This document shows positions 19,384 to 28,989 of a stretch of 64,000 nucleotides of DNA, in pieces. The first letter of the stretch is position 1. Each line of letters opens with the position of its first letter. A program made the translations under genes and the position numbers. The notes under the pieces were generated by a model. The model made no database searches and was not told the DNA's origin. It worked only from the letters and a program-made list of their open reading frames with translations. Origin of the DNA: Bacteroidota bacterium (GTDB lineage Bacteria > Bacteroidota > Bacteroidia > CAIKAF01); assembly GCA_023432985.1 (NCBI GenBank), contig JAEZEQ010000040.1, positions 9,190 to 73,189 on the forward strand. Reading direction: 5' to 3'.

Positions 19384-20050
19384 CAGAAAATCGAACATAC
19401 TGCTGGTCTTAATGGGCTTTTTTGTGACCAATGCAATAGTGGCCGAACTTATAAGTTCGAAACTCGTGCAATTAGGTCCTTTTACTACCATTGTAGGCAT
19501 ACTGCCCTGGCCTTTAGTTTTTTTGGCTACAGATACGATTAATGAATTTTACGGACCAAAAATTGTGCGTAAAATATCCTTTATCACCAGTGCATTAATT
19601 GCGTATACCTTTTTCATTATAATTAGTGCCATCAATTTACCGGCCGCTCCGGGTAGTCCCGCCGATGACCTGATATTCAAAACCGCATTCGGTCAGAGTT
19701 TATCCGTGATGTTGGGTAGTATTACGGCCTTTTTATTTTCTCAATTACTCGATGTTACCGTTTTCTGGTATATACGTAAACGTACCAAAGGACGACATAT
19801 CTGGCTCAGGGCAACAGGCAGCACCTTGATTTCTCAATGTATAGATTCTTTTATCGTATTGGGTATAGGTTTTTATCTGCCGGGAACCTTTAGCTTCGAG
19901 CAATTCCTTGCCGTGGGATGGGATAATTATACCCTTAAAATTCTGGTCGCAATTGGATTGACACCTTTTATTTATATCAGTCACCATTTCCTGAAAAAAT
20001 ACTTCAGAGAAACAAGTCCCGAAGTAGATCCGGGAATTACCAATCAATAA
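19376..20050 (+). CDS. queuosine precursor transporter (YhhQ/DUF165, VUT family)
   Basis: 224-aa polytopic membrane protein whose conserved N-terminus (AELISSKLVQLGPFT...PWPLVFLATDTINEFYG) is typical of YhhQ. It overlaps truB by 8 bp. Confidence 0.65.
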   Translation: MDSRKSNILLVLMGFFVTNAIVAELISSKLVQLGPFTTIVGILPWPLVFLATDTINEFYGPKIVRKISFITSALIAYTFFIIISAINLPAAPGSPADDLIFKTAFGQSLSVMLGSITAFLFSQLLDVTVFWYIRKRTKGRHIWLRATGSTLISQCIDSFIVLGIGFYLPGTFSFEQFLAVGWDNYTLKILVAIGLTPFIYISHHFLKKYFRETSPEVDPGITNQ

Positions 20051-20549
20051 AGGCCCTATTGAAAACATCTTGGGCTAATTGTTCCTGTATCTCGAGTAAT
20101 AGATTTCCCTCCACAGCAGACAGGGTCTGATTGGCCGGAAAATCAGCAAAACGAGAAAAAGACTGCGTAAAGTTTTTATCCGGTTCCAGATTATTCATAT
20201 AACTCACCGTTACAGAGACTGTCAATCGGTTTGTACTCGCTGTTTGGTCGCCCTGAATGGCCATAGGCAAAACGGTATAACCCGAAATACTGCCTTCAAA
20301 TTCCAAATCGGCATTCGAGCCGGTCAGCTCTAGCTTGGTTTCACGTTGAAATTTATTCTTCAAGTGTTCTGAAAATTGTTGTGCAAAAATCGGATTTGCT
20401 AAAGGGGCCTGATTGATAAAGGGCTTCACCGAAACGGTCCTCGCTAAATCGGGAATACTTTGCCCCGAAAGAGTAATCTGCATTTTACAGGAATAGAAAA
20501 AACAGATTAAAAATCCGCTCATTAAAAATAATATGCCCCTATTTCTCAT
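20037..20549 (-). CDS. LptE-like LPS-assembly lipoprotein (Bacteroidota family found next to a sigma-54 activator)
   Basis: 170-aa lipoprotein (lipobox FFYSC). Family recognised by composition and by its conserved position downstream of the sigma-54-dependent regulator. 4-bp overlap with the upstream gene. Confidence 0.45.
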   Translation of the reverse strand: MRNRGILFLMSGFLICFFYSCKMQITLSGQSIPDLARTVSVKPFINQAPLANPIFAQQFSEHLKNKFQRETKLELTGSNADLEFEGSISGYTVLPMAIQGDQTASTNRLTVSVTVSYMNNLEPDKNFTQSFSRFADFPANQTLSAVEGNLLLEIQEQLAQDVFNRAFIDW

Positions 20550-21754
20550 CCTTTAATATCGTATTCCTTAATTTTTCTGTATAAGGTTCTTTCCGAAATA
20601 CCTAATTCCTGAGCGGCATTTCTTCGTTTACCTTTATGCTTCTGCAAAGCTTTTTCTATAGCCGATTTTTCTCTGTCGCTCAAGGACAATACCTCTTCTG
20701 TTTCTTCCACCAATTCCTGATCTTCAATACTATTATCGGCAAAAACATCGCTGCTTACCGTTGTGCCTTTTGAAAGTGGAATATAAGACGGGGAATCGAG
20801 TCCTTCGTTAAAACTTAAGGAATCCGGATTAGCATGCATCAAGGTGCGCACCACACTTTTGAGTTCGTTCACTTCCTTGCGCATTTCCAGCAAAGCTTTT
20901 AATAAAAAGTCTTTATCTGCCGGCATATCATCGGAAGCCATACCCGACAAAACGGGCAAATTTCTTTCATTATAATCGGGTAAATATTTAATCAGTATGT
21001 CTGTATGAATATTTCTTTCCTTTTCGAGTATACTGATTTGCTCGGCCACATTTTTCAATTGGCGAATATTCCCCGGCCAGCGATAATTTTCGAGCATGGT
21101 AACTGCATCGGAACTTAATTTAATCACCGGAATTCTATATTTTTCGGCAAAATCGCCGGCAAATTTTCTAAACAATAAATGTATATCTTCTTTTCTTTCG
21201 CGAAGTGGTGGAATACGAATAGGAACGGTATTCAAGCGGTAAAACAAATCTTCTCTAAATTTTCCTTTTTCAATGGCCAAGGGCATATTCACATTGGTTG
21301 CAGCCACAACGCGAACATTCGTTTTTTGGACTTTACTTGCACCCACGCGGATAAATTCGCCCGTTTCCAATACACGCAAAAGGCGAACCTGAGTGCCATG
21401 AGGCAATTCAGCCACCTCATCCAAAAAAATGGTACCACCGTCCACAACCTCAAAATAACCCTTACGGGCTTCCGTAGCACCGGTAAACGATCCTTTCTCG
21501 TGCCCAAACAGCTCACTATCTATGGTCCCTTCCGGTATAGCTCCACAGTTTACCGCAATAAAATTATTGTGTTTACGCGGGCTATTGAAATGAATAATTT
21601 TGGAAAAAACTTCCTTTCCAACTCCACTTTCTCCGGTTATTAAAACCGACAAATCGGTAGAGGCAACCTGATTCGCAATTTCCAATGCCCTATCCAGTCC
21701 CCCGGAAACACCAATAATTCCAAACTTATTTTTCAGCTCCTGCATCGTATTCAT
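20546..21754 (-). CDS. sigma-54-dependent Fis-family transcriptional activator (AAA+ domain plus C-terminal HTH; no N-terminal sensor or receiver domain)
   Basis: Walker A GESGVGKE, GAFTGA-type motif GHEKGSFTGA, arginine finger region and a C-terminal HTH (AAQELGISERTLYRKIKEY). The AAA+ domain begins within the first 15 residues. Confidence 0.8.
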   Translation of the reverse strand: MNTMQELKNKFGIIGVSGGLDRALEIANQVASTDLSVLITGESGVGKEVFSKIIHFNSPRKHNNFIAVNCGAIPEGTIDSELFGHEKGSFTGATEARKGYFEVVDGGTIFLDEVAELPHGTQVRLLRVLETGEFIRVGASKVQKTNVRVVAATNVNMPLAIEKGKFREDLFYRLNTVPIRIPPLRERKEDIHLLFRKFAGDFAEKYRIPVIKLSSDAVTMLENYRWPGNIRQLKNVAEQISILEKERNIHTDILIKYLPDYNERNLPVLSGMASDDMPADKDFLLKALLEMRKEVNELKSVVRTLMHANPDSLSFNEGLDSPSYIPLSKGTTVSSDVFADNSIEDQELVEETEEVLSLSDREKSAIEKALQKHKGKRRNAAQELGISERTLYRKIKEYDIKG

Positions 21755-21762
21755 TTCCTAAT

Positions 21763-23208
21763 TTATTTCACGATTACGCCCTTTAATGTAGCTGAAGTAC
21801 AATCCTTAATTTCTACCTGAACATAATCTCCTTTACGCACATTTTCTTTCGGGAAAACAACCATTTTGTTCTGACTGGTTCTCCCGCAAAATTCCTCGGG
21901 ATTTTTCTTGGATGGACCTTCTACCAACACTTCGAACTGCTTGCCTAAATCTCTTTTATTGCTTTCCAAAGACATTCTGCTTTGCAAGTCGATTACTTCC
22001 TGCAAGCGCCTTCCTTTCACATCTTCCGGCACATCATCTTCCATTTTCTTCGCTGCCGGTGTTCCCGGTCTTTCGCTGTATTTAAACATATAGGCATAAT
22101 CGAATGCACTATATTCCATCAACGACAAAGTCTCCTGATGATCTTCTTCTGTCTCTGTACAAAATCCGGTTATTATATCGGTAGAGATCGAACAATCAGG
22201 CATTATACGACGTACCGCTTCCATTCTTTCCAAATACCATTCCCGAGAATATCCACGATTCATCACCGATAAAATGCGCGTACTTCCACTTTGTACCGGC
22301 AAATGAATATACTTACAAATATTGGGATAAGCTGCCATGGTTTCCAATACCTTATCGGTCAAATCGCGGGGGTGACTGGTGGTGAAACGTACGCGAAGCT
22401 CCGGACTTATAAGGGCAACTTTCTCTAATAAATCGGCAAAATCTACTGCTTGTGCCTTCTCCTCCGGAGTCAGCTTTTTAAATTCTTTTTTCGGACCGCC
22501 GCCAAACCACAAATAACTGTCGACATTCTGACCCAATAAGGTTACCTCCTTATATCCCGCTTCGAACAATTCCCTGGCTTCTTTCAAAATACTATCTACA
22601 TCACGGCTGCGTTCACGTCCTCGGGTATAAGGCACCACACAAAATGTACACATATTGTCGCAACCTCGCATTATGCTTATAAATGCCGAAAGTCCATTCC
22701 CGGTTAAACGCACCGGAGCAATATCGGCATAAGTCTCTTCCAGGCTCAAAAAAACATTCATGCCCTTCTCTCCATCCGTGGCCTGATTCACCAAATTTGG
22801 CAAGTCGCGATATGCATCGGGACCCACAACCATGTCTACGAGCTTTTCTTCCTCCAAAAATTTCTCTTTCAAACGCTCGGCCATACAACCCAAAACGCCT
22901 ACCAATAATTCGGGCTTATTTTTCTTACTCGCTTTCAATTCGCCCAATCTATGTCGTATCCTCTGCTCGGCATTATCCCGAATAGCACAAGTATTCAGAA
23001 ATATTACATCGGCCTCTTCCATATTGCGCGTACCGGCATAGCCACTTTCGGCCATTACCGAAGCTACAATTTCGCTATCCGAAAAGTTCATCTGGCAACC
23101 GTAACTCTCTATATATACTTTCCCTTTTTCGTTTGTTACAGCCGATGAAACAACAGTGGCCTCGCCCTGACGACTTTCGTCTATTACTTTATTTTCTGAT
23201 AAATGCAT
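21763..23208 (-). CDS. miaB: tRNA-2-methylthio-N6-dimethylallyladenosine synthase MiaB
   Basis: MTTase N-terminal domain ([12 protein letters not shown]), the radical-SAM CxxxCxxC motif ([12 protein letters not shown]), and a C-terminal TRAM domain. Confidence 0.85.
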   Translation of the reverse strand: MHLSENKVIDESRQGEATVVSSAVTNEKGKVYIESYGCQMNFSDSEIVASVMAESGYAGTRNMEEADVIFLNTCAIRDNAEQRIRHRLGELKASKKNKPELLVGVLGCMAERLKEKFLEEEKLVDMVVGPDAYRDLPNLVNQATDGEKGMNVFLSLEETYADIAPVRLTGNGLSAFISIMRGCDNMCTFCVVPYTRGRERSRDVDSILKEARELFEAGYKEVTLLGQNVDSYLWFGGGPKKEFKKLTPEEKAQAVDFADLLEKVALISPELRVRFTTSHPRDLTDKVLETMAAYPNICKYIHLPVQSGSTRILSVMNRGYSREWYLERMEAVRRIMPDCSISTDIITGFCTETEEDHQETLSLMEYSAFDYAYMFKYSERPGTPAAKKMEDDVPEDVKGRRLQEVIDLQSRMSLESNKRDLGKQFEVLVEGPSKKNPEEFCGRTSQNKMVVFPKENVRKGDYVQVEIKDCTSATLKGVIVK

Positions 23209-23309
23209 GTCTTCTTTTTATAGGTTTGCAAATATACACTTTTTCTATACGTCCTCTGTCATTCTGTCAGCATTTAACAGCATTTAAACGCTTAACATGT
23301 AAATGCTTA

Positions 23310-25055
23310 TTATTCTGCCGTATAGAGCACATATTGCAGATCCTCGACGGAGAATTCTGCTTCCTTGGGATTATAAATAAAACAAGAAAAATCGCTGTCC
23401 TGAATATGGTTACTTTTCAGGTACAGATCGACGTGAAATGTATATAATCCATCCTGAAAAGGTTGTAAGCCCAATATTAGTCGCGCATGCCTATCCGGGT
23501 GTCCGAGGGGATTATGGTCTTTGAAAATGAAATCTATACCCGCATGTTTATCGGCTTTAATTCTCACTTCCATACAAAGTCTAAGATCTTTTCCATCATA
23601 CTTATTCGCTTCCTTAGCTTTCCAAACATCCATATACATGGTATTGGTCAGCCCGCTTCTCACCGAACCCGAATCGGCTCTGCTCCATACAACGGGTATC
23701 TTTTTTTTCCAAACAGATTTTCTACTTACAGGATCTTGCATAATCAGGGTATAATCTCCATGATGTTGCAATGTATCATAATGTTCGCTAATAATATAAT
23801 CGGCCTGTGTATAGTTATAATCGATAGAAATAACATCTCCGGCCGACCTTCCCCGGCGATAATTCTCATATGGCAAAACCAGTCCGTTCATTTTATACCC
23901 GGCAATCATGGGACTATGAATGGAAGCATCGGCAAAAATGCTATTGTATAATTCTTCACTAATATGTTCATGCCGCCAAAAAGTGCTATGGGTCAAATTC
24001 ATATTCAGCATAAACAGGAATAACTGTCCCAATACAGCCATGGAAAAAAGCCATTTTCTATTCCGAAAAAGTCCGACCGATAACAAAAAAAGCAATATAA
24101 AATAAAGATGAAGTGCGGTTCGGTCGGTTGGGAATTTCACGCCCAGGATTGCGTGCATAAGAAGTATTGCAGCTATATTTCCCCAAAATAAAACAAAGAA
24201 AAACAATCCGTTAATCGTGCGATTTTTCTTATACAAAGGCAGGAATAAGCTCAGCATAGCCATGAGTATAAGTATCCACATTCCGGCTTGCGGATTTTGG
24301 GGTAAAAGCAGGTCGGCCAGACTTTTAACCGTATCTTCCAAAAAGCCTGTATCTCCGCCATAATAAAGCATACCCATAGCTTTCAGGCGGAAACTATACC
24401 AAATAAAATACCCGAAAATGATGCTATGCAGCAGGAAAATGGGCAGATATGTATACTTCTTTTGATACAAGCAAAAAAGCAGACTAATGCCGGAGGCCAT
24501 AAGACAAATCAAGAGTAAATTTAGTCCCGAAGCCAAACTCAGCAAAAGAAACAGCGCTTGAAAAAGCAAAAAGCCGGCTTTCATTTCTTGCAGTCCGCGC
24601 AAACTATAATACAGAAATCCGCTCAAAAAGGCGAAGCTCATGCCATAACCTCTGAGCAGCGAAAAATATTCGATGACAATCGGAATACAGAGCATAAAAA
24701 TGCTGAAAGAGAGTCTGAAATTTTTCTCGATAAAAGCAGTAGAAATGCGATAAATAAAATAGGCATAGATTAAAAAGCTGATTGCGGAGGGCATGCGTAA
24801 AAAAGCCATGTCGGCACCAAATAATTCGTACATCAACAGTCCGAATATGGAGCTTGTCAAATGGTTATTGGCGTCTAAATGTGCCAGACCGGGGATAAAA
24901 TCCAGGCTACGGATATACAATAAAAAAGTAGCTACTTCGTCGTGTACGGCCGGAATATACACAGCCCGTAAAACGATATATACAAAAAGCAATGCTGTAA
25001 TAAAGCCATGTCGGCGTGCATATGGGCGATTATCTTCCCTCAATCGGTTTTGCAT
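23310..25055 (-). CDS. polytopic membrane protein, GT-C/ArnT-like glycosyltransferase candidate (N-terminal ~11 TM segments plus C-terminal soluble domain)
   Basis: 581 aa. The hydrophobic N-terminal 350 aa carry an early acidic motif (AVHDEVATF) as in PMT/ArnT-family GT-C enzymes. The C-terminal 200 aa are hydrophilic. Family call is tentative. Confidence 0.35.
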   Translation of the reverse strand: MQNRLREDNRPYARRHGFITALLFVYIVLRAVYIPAVHDEVATFLLYIRSLDFIPGLAHLDANNHLTSSIFGLLMYELFGADMAFLRMPSAISFLIYAYFIYRISTAFIEKNFRLSFSIFMLCIPIVIEYFSLLRGYGMSFAFLSGFLYYSLRGLQEMKAGFLLFQALFLLLSLASGLNLLLICLMASGISLLFCLYQKKYTYLPIFLLHSIIFGYFIWYSFRLKAMGMLYYGGDTGFLEDTVKSLADLLLPQNPQAGMWILILMAMLSLFLPLYKKNRTINGLFFFVLFWGNIAAILLMHAILGVKFPTDRTALHLYFILLFLLSVGLFRNRKWLFSMAVLGQLFLFMLNMNLTHSTFWRHEHISEELYNSIFADASIHSPMIAGYKMNGLVLPYENYRRGRSAGDVISIDYNYTQADYIISEHYDTLQHHGDYTLIMQDPVSRKSVWKKKIPVVWSRADSGSVRSGLTNTMYMDVWKAKEANKYDGKDLRLCMEVRIKADKHAGIDFIFKDHNPLGHPDRHARLILGLQPFQDGLYTFHVDLYLKSNHIQDSDFSCFIYNPKEAEFSVEDLQYVLYTAE

Positions 25056-25101
25056 ATATGCGAAAGTACGAAATTATCCGGCTCTAAAATGAACTAAGGC
25101 T

Positions 25102-26307
25102 TTAATGCGGGGTCAGGGAAACATACTTTCGTCTTAAAAAAAAGAAAAGCAAAGAAATAATAATGGCGATGAGCATACCAACAATAAGAAAATCGACCTG
25201 CATATTACCCATCCAAAGCACAAAAACAAATAATGCTACCAGACGAAAAGGCTCAAGTTTAAGTGCCCATGCACGCTGCTCGAATTGCAGTCCGACCAGA
25301 CTCATATGACCAATTAAAAAAAGTGTGACAAAGATGATACTCTCCAGCGGAAATTGAGATTGAAACCAAATAAAATAAAGAGCGGGAAAAGACAAACTCA
25401 GGAATGCCCATCCCAATCGCAGGTTTTCGAAAGAAGCCAGAGGCGGATTATACAAGGCCGGCGGAGCGGAGCTTCCCTGCACTGTTTCGGGGTTCCATGC
25501 CGGACCTTTGAACCAGACTTTCAGCTTATTGATTCCTTTCAAAGACTTGGTTCTCTTCCACAAATCTTCAAAATAATGGGTATTGATTCGAATGGGGTTA
25601 TACGTTTCCAGTCCGGTTGTAATTCCATATTCGGGTCTTTCCTCTTCCTCTTTGAAAGTGCCGAAAAGTCTATCCCAGATAATGAAAATTCCCCCGTGAT
25701 TTTTATCGAGATACTTAGTATCAATACCGTGATGCACGCGGTGATGGCTGGGTGTATTCAATACGAACTCGATTACTTTTCCCATTTTAGGAATATATTC
25801 GGTATGGATCCAGAACTGATATAAAATATCGATGGCTGAGACAAGGACAAACATCTCGACCGGGAAGCCCAGAAAAGCTAGGGGCAAAAACAACCAGGCA
25901 GTGGTAATGGGTTGAAACCAGGGCTGACGAAGAGCGACGGTCAGATTATATTCCTGAGAAGAATGATGCACAATATGCGTGGCCCACATAAAATTAATTT
26001 CGTGCGAGAGGCGGTGTGCCCAATAGTATAGAAAATCGAATAAAATCAGTAATACAATCGTATTAAGCACATTAAACTCTATAGAAAATAAAGCAAAGCG
26101 TTTCCAAAGAAAAGCGTAAAAGACAAGGAGAAGTCCCTTTATGGCTATACTAAAAATCTGTTCACCCAGTCCGATTTGCAAATTGGTCACACTATCATTC
26201 ATTCTGTAAGCCCGACCTTGCTTCACTTTTGCAGCCCATATTTCGAGGGCAATCATCAGAAAAAACACGGGGACTACCCATACGATATATTTACCGGCAT
26301 CTTGCAT
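25102..26307 (-). CDS. fatty acid hydroxylase / sterol desaturase superfamily di-iron membrane enzyme with a C-terminal TM extension
   Basis: Histidine boxes HRLSHE, HIVHHSS and SHHRVHHG. There are 4 TM segments at the N-terminus and about 140 extra hydrophobic residues at the C-terminus. Confidence 0.65.
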   Translation of the reverse strand: MQDAGKYIVWVVPVFFLMIALEIWAAKVKQGRAYRMNDSVTNLQIGLGEQIFSIAIKGLLLVFYAFLWKRFALFSIEFNVLNTIVLLILFDFLYYWAHRLSHEINFMWATHIVHHSSQEYNLTVALRQPWFQPITTAWLFLPLAFLGFPVEMFVLVSAIDILYQFWIHTEYIPKMGKVIEFVLNTPSHHRVHHGIDTKYLDKNHGGIFIIWDRLFGTFKEEEERPEYGITTGLETYNPIRINTHYFEDLWKRTKSLKGINKLKVWFKGPAWNPETVQGSSAPPALYNPPLASFENLRLGWAFLSLSFPALYFIWFQSQFPLESIIFVTLFLIGHMSLVGLQFEQRAWALKLEPFRLVALFVFVLWMGNMQVDFLIVGMLIAIIISLLFFFLRRKYVSLTPH

Positions 26308-26356
26308 TGGTTTGTTAAGAAGTTTACTCGTAAAGGTAAAAAAAGCAAGGAAATAA

Positions 26357-27658
26357 TTACAGCAATGACACCCATTGCATTAGAATTCCGCAAATATAAG
26401 CAGCATATGTACCCAAGGCATAACCTAAAACAGCCAATAACACCCCTACAGATGCCAAAGCCGGATCGAATGCCGCTGCCACGATAGGTGCAGATGCGGC
26501 GCCACCCACATTGGCCTGACTTCCGACGGCGGCGAAGAAAAAGGGTGCTTTAACCAATCGGGCTACGAGCAAAATAACAAATGCATGAATGGAAATCCAT
26601 ATAAGTCCCGTTATGAAAAAATGGGGATTATTAAAAATTGCGGTAATATCCATTTGCATACCAATAGTGGCCACCAGTATATAGAGTAAAACACTTCCCA
26701 CATTACTTGCTCCGACTCCTTCGAGTTTGCGTGCGGGCGTAAAACTCAGTAAAAGTCCGGCCGTAGTTGCAATTAAAACTATCCAGAAAAAGGCAGAAGT
26801 GAGACTAAATTTTTCCAATTGCGGATAATTTTGAGCCAGATAAGGTGCGGCAAAATCGGCAAAAATATGAGAAACGGCTACGGCCCCAAAGGCCACACCC
26901 GAAATAATCATTAAATCTTTGGTATTGGGTATACGCAGAGATTGTTCTCTGAAAGTAGCCATTCTTTGTCTGACATCATCAATCAAACTAGCATCGGCAC
27001 GAAGCAATTTGTCAATTTTAGGCGAACGTCCGGCTCCAAAAAGGAGGACAGCCATCCATACATTGGCCACCATAACATCCACTGCAATCATAATCGAAAA
27101 CAAAGGTCCTGAGGGCTGGAATACCTCCTTCATAGCGGTTTGGTTTGCTCCTCCCCCGATCCAAGATCCGGCGATGGTGCTTAATCCGCGCCATACTTCA
27201 TTTTCGCCACTGCCCACAAAAGCCTCCGGGAACATGGCTTGCGTAATAAACAAAGCAATAGGTCCGCCTATTACAATGCCGAGCGTACCTGCTAAAAAAA
27301 CAATAATAGCTTTGGGCCCCAGGCGCATTAAGGATTTAAAATCAATACTCAGCGTAAAAAGTACTAACGAAGCCGGTAGTAAATAATTCTTGGCCATGGT
27401 ATACAAACCTGAATTTTCGCCATCAATAACCCCAAAACTATTGAGCATACCGGGTAAGAAATAGCACAATAAAAGAGCCGGCACAAAGGTAAAAAACCGT
27501 TTCAACGCAGGATGCGGGTGAGACGACAAATAAAAAACCAAGGCCAAGATGCCTACCAATACACCAAATACAACGGTGTCATTACTAATCAACACTTGTT
27601 TGCCGGGGCTTTCAGAAAGAACAGGTTGTAATGCAAAAACCAGAAAACTATTACTCAT
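26357..27658 (-). CDS. DUF819-family integral membrane protein
   Basis: 433 aa, about 12 TM segments. The N-terminal pattern and size match DUF819. Recognition is by memory only. Confidence 0.4.
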   Translation of the reverse strand: MSNSFLVFALQPVLSESPGKQVLISNDTVVFGVLVGILALVFYLSSHPHPALKRFFTFVPALLLCYFLPGMLNSFGVIDGENSGLYTMAKNYLLPASLVLFTLSIDFKSLMRLGPKAIIVFLAGTLGIVIGGPIALFITQAMFPEAFVGSGENEVWRGLSTIAGSWIGGGANQTAMKEVFQPSGPLFSIMIAVDVMVANVWMAVLLFGAGRSPKIDKLLRADASLIDDVRQRMATFREQSLRIPNTKDLMIISGVAFGAVAVSHIFADFAAPYLAQNYPQLEKFSLTSAFFWIVLIATTAGLLLSFTPARKLEGVGASNVGSVLLYILVATIGMQMDITAIFNNPHFFITGLIWISIHAFVILLVARLVKAPFFFAAVGSQANVGGAASAPIVAAAFDPALASVGVLLAVLGYALGTYAAYICGILMQWVSLL

Positions 27659-27726
27659 ATCTTTACAAAATAAAAAAATGAAGCTGTCGATATATCAACA
27701 GCTTCAAAAAAAATAACAATATATAC

Positions 27727-28293
27727 TTATCTGTTTTTCCAGCGGCTTAACAAGCTGGTATTGGCTATATCACCGGCAGAGCTAACCGAGGTGGAATAGG
27801 TAAGCGTTTTCATTTTAGAATCCCATAATACAAATGGAGCCGAATCGGCAGACTCTCCATTCGTAGAGCTAAGGGTTTCGGTAAAACTGCTGCAGAAATC
27901 TTTTATAATAAACTTCTTTTTTGCATTATAATACAATTTTGCATCGGCTATTGAGGGGAATTTCAATTTCACTTCTCCGTTCAACACACCATTATTTTCG
28001 TACAATCTTTTCGATTCTACAATCACATTATTATAATCACTTTCGGGATTAGAACCACCTATATAATTCGACATCAAATCTTCATAATCGGCTTCTAATG
28101 TTGAAGCGCTGGTCGATTCTTCTTCTTCGGATTCAGAATAATTGCTCATTATATTATTATAAATAATAGTCAAGTTTACACTGCCATCTTTATTGATCAC
28201 GTAGGTAAAGTCCTTAGATTCACAAGTAAGACAACCGCTAAACAAGGTCGAAATTGCAATAAGCAGGGTCAGGAGGATAGATTTATTTTTCAT
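27727..28293 (-). CDS. hypothetical lipoprotein
   Basis: Signal peptide plus lipobox (LFSGCLTC). Acidic Ser/Glu-rich linker. No recognisable domain. Confidence 0.5.
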   Translation of the reverse strand: MKNKSILLTLLIAISTLFSGCLTCESKDFTYVINKDGSVNLTIIYNNIMSNYSESEEEESTSASTLEADYEDLMSNYIGGSNPESDYNNVIVESKRLYENNGVLNGEVKLKFPSIADAKLYYNAKKKFIIKDFCSSFTETLSSTNGESADSAPFVLWDSKMKTLTYSTSVSSAGDIANTSLLSRWKNR

Positions 28294-28371
28294 AGTTTTT
28301 ATAATTATTCAGTAAATGAACAGAAGATTTTTGAGCCTGACAAATGAAATACAGAAAAATGAAATATTTTT

Positions 28372-28983
28372 TTATTTCACTGACATACGAAATAGTTCGC
28401 GCCCTTCCAATCTTCCGACCAAAAGGTCATTTAGTTGCACCTTAGCCACGCCTGCAGGCGTTCCTGTATAAATCAAATCGCCCACCTTTAAGGTGATAAA
28501 ACGGCTGACATAACTAACCAGGCTGTCTATATCAAAGATCATAAGATCCGAACTTCCTTTCTGAACGCATATTCCATTCTTTTCCAACTCAAAATGAATG
28601 GGAAAAGAGAGGGATGAAATGGGAATAAAAGTACCAATAACGGCAGATCCGTCGAAGCTTTTGGCTTTTTCCCAAGGCAGTCCCTTTTCTTTCAGGCGGT
28701 TTTGCACATCGCGCGCCGTGAAATCGATACCCACTGAAATTTCGGAATAATAATTTCGGGCAAATTCCTTTTCGATATGCTTTCCGGCCTTCGAAATTTT
28801 CACGACCAATTCGATTTCATGTTGTACATTATCCGAAAAATCGGGCAGATAAAAACTGTCGCCCGGCCTCAGTAATGCCGTATCGGGCTTCATAAACACA
28901 ACCGGTTCTTCGGCTTGTTCGTTATTAAGTTCTTTCACATGATCGGCATAATTTCTGCCTATACAGATAATTTTCATATACAC
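28372..28983 (-). CDS. fumarylacetoacetate hydrolase (FAH) family protein, short single-domain type
   Basis: IICIGRNYADHVKE, FMKP and HEIELVV are FAH-fold metal and substrate motifs (YcgM/FAHD1-like). The start may be Met3. Confidence 0.7.
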   Translation of the reverse strand: MYMKIICIGRNYADHVKELNNEQAEEPVVFMKPDTALLRPGDSFYLPDFSDNVQHEIELVVKISKAGKHIEKEFARNYYSEISVGIDFTARDVQNRLKEKGLPWEKAKSFDGSAVIGTFIPISSLSFPIHFELEKNGICVQKGSSDLMIFDIDSLVSYVSRFITLKVGDLIYTGTPAGVAKVQLNDLLVGRLEGRELFRMSVK

Positions 28984-28989
28984 TTTAAA

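Noticed and set aside
23487-25092. Plus-strand ORFs 23487..23951, 23521..23754, 24558..24773 and 24793..25092
   Set aside because: Antisense to the 581-aa membrane protein gene (23310..25055). Translations are hydrophilic junk or Ile/Phe-rich. No independent support.
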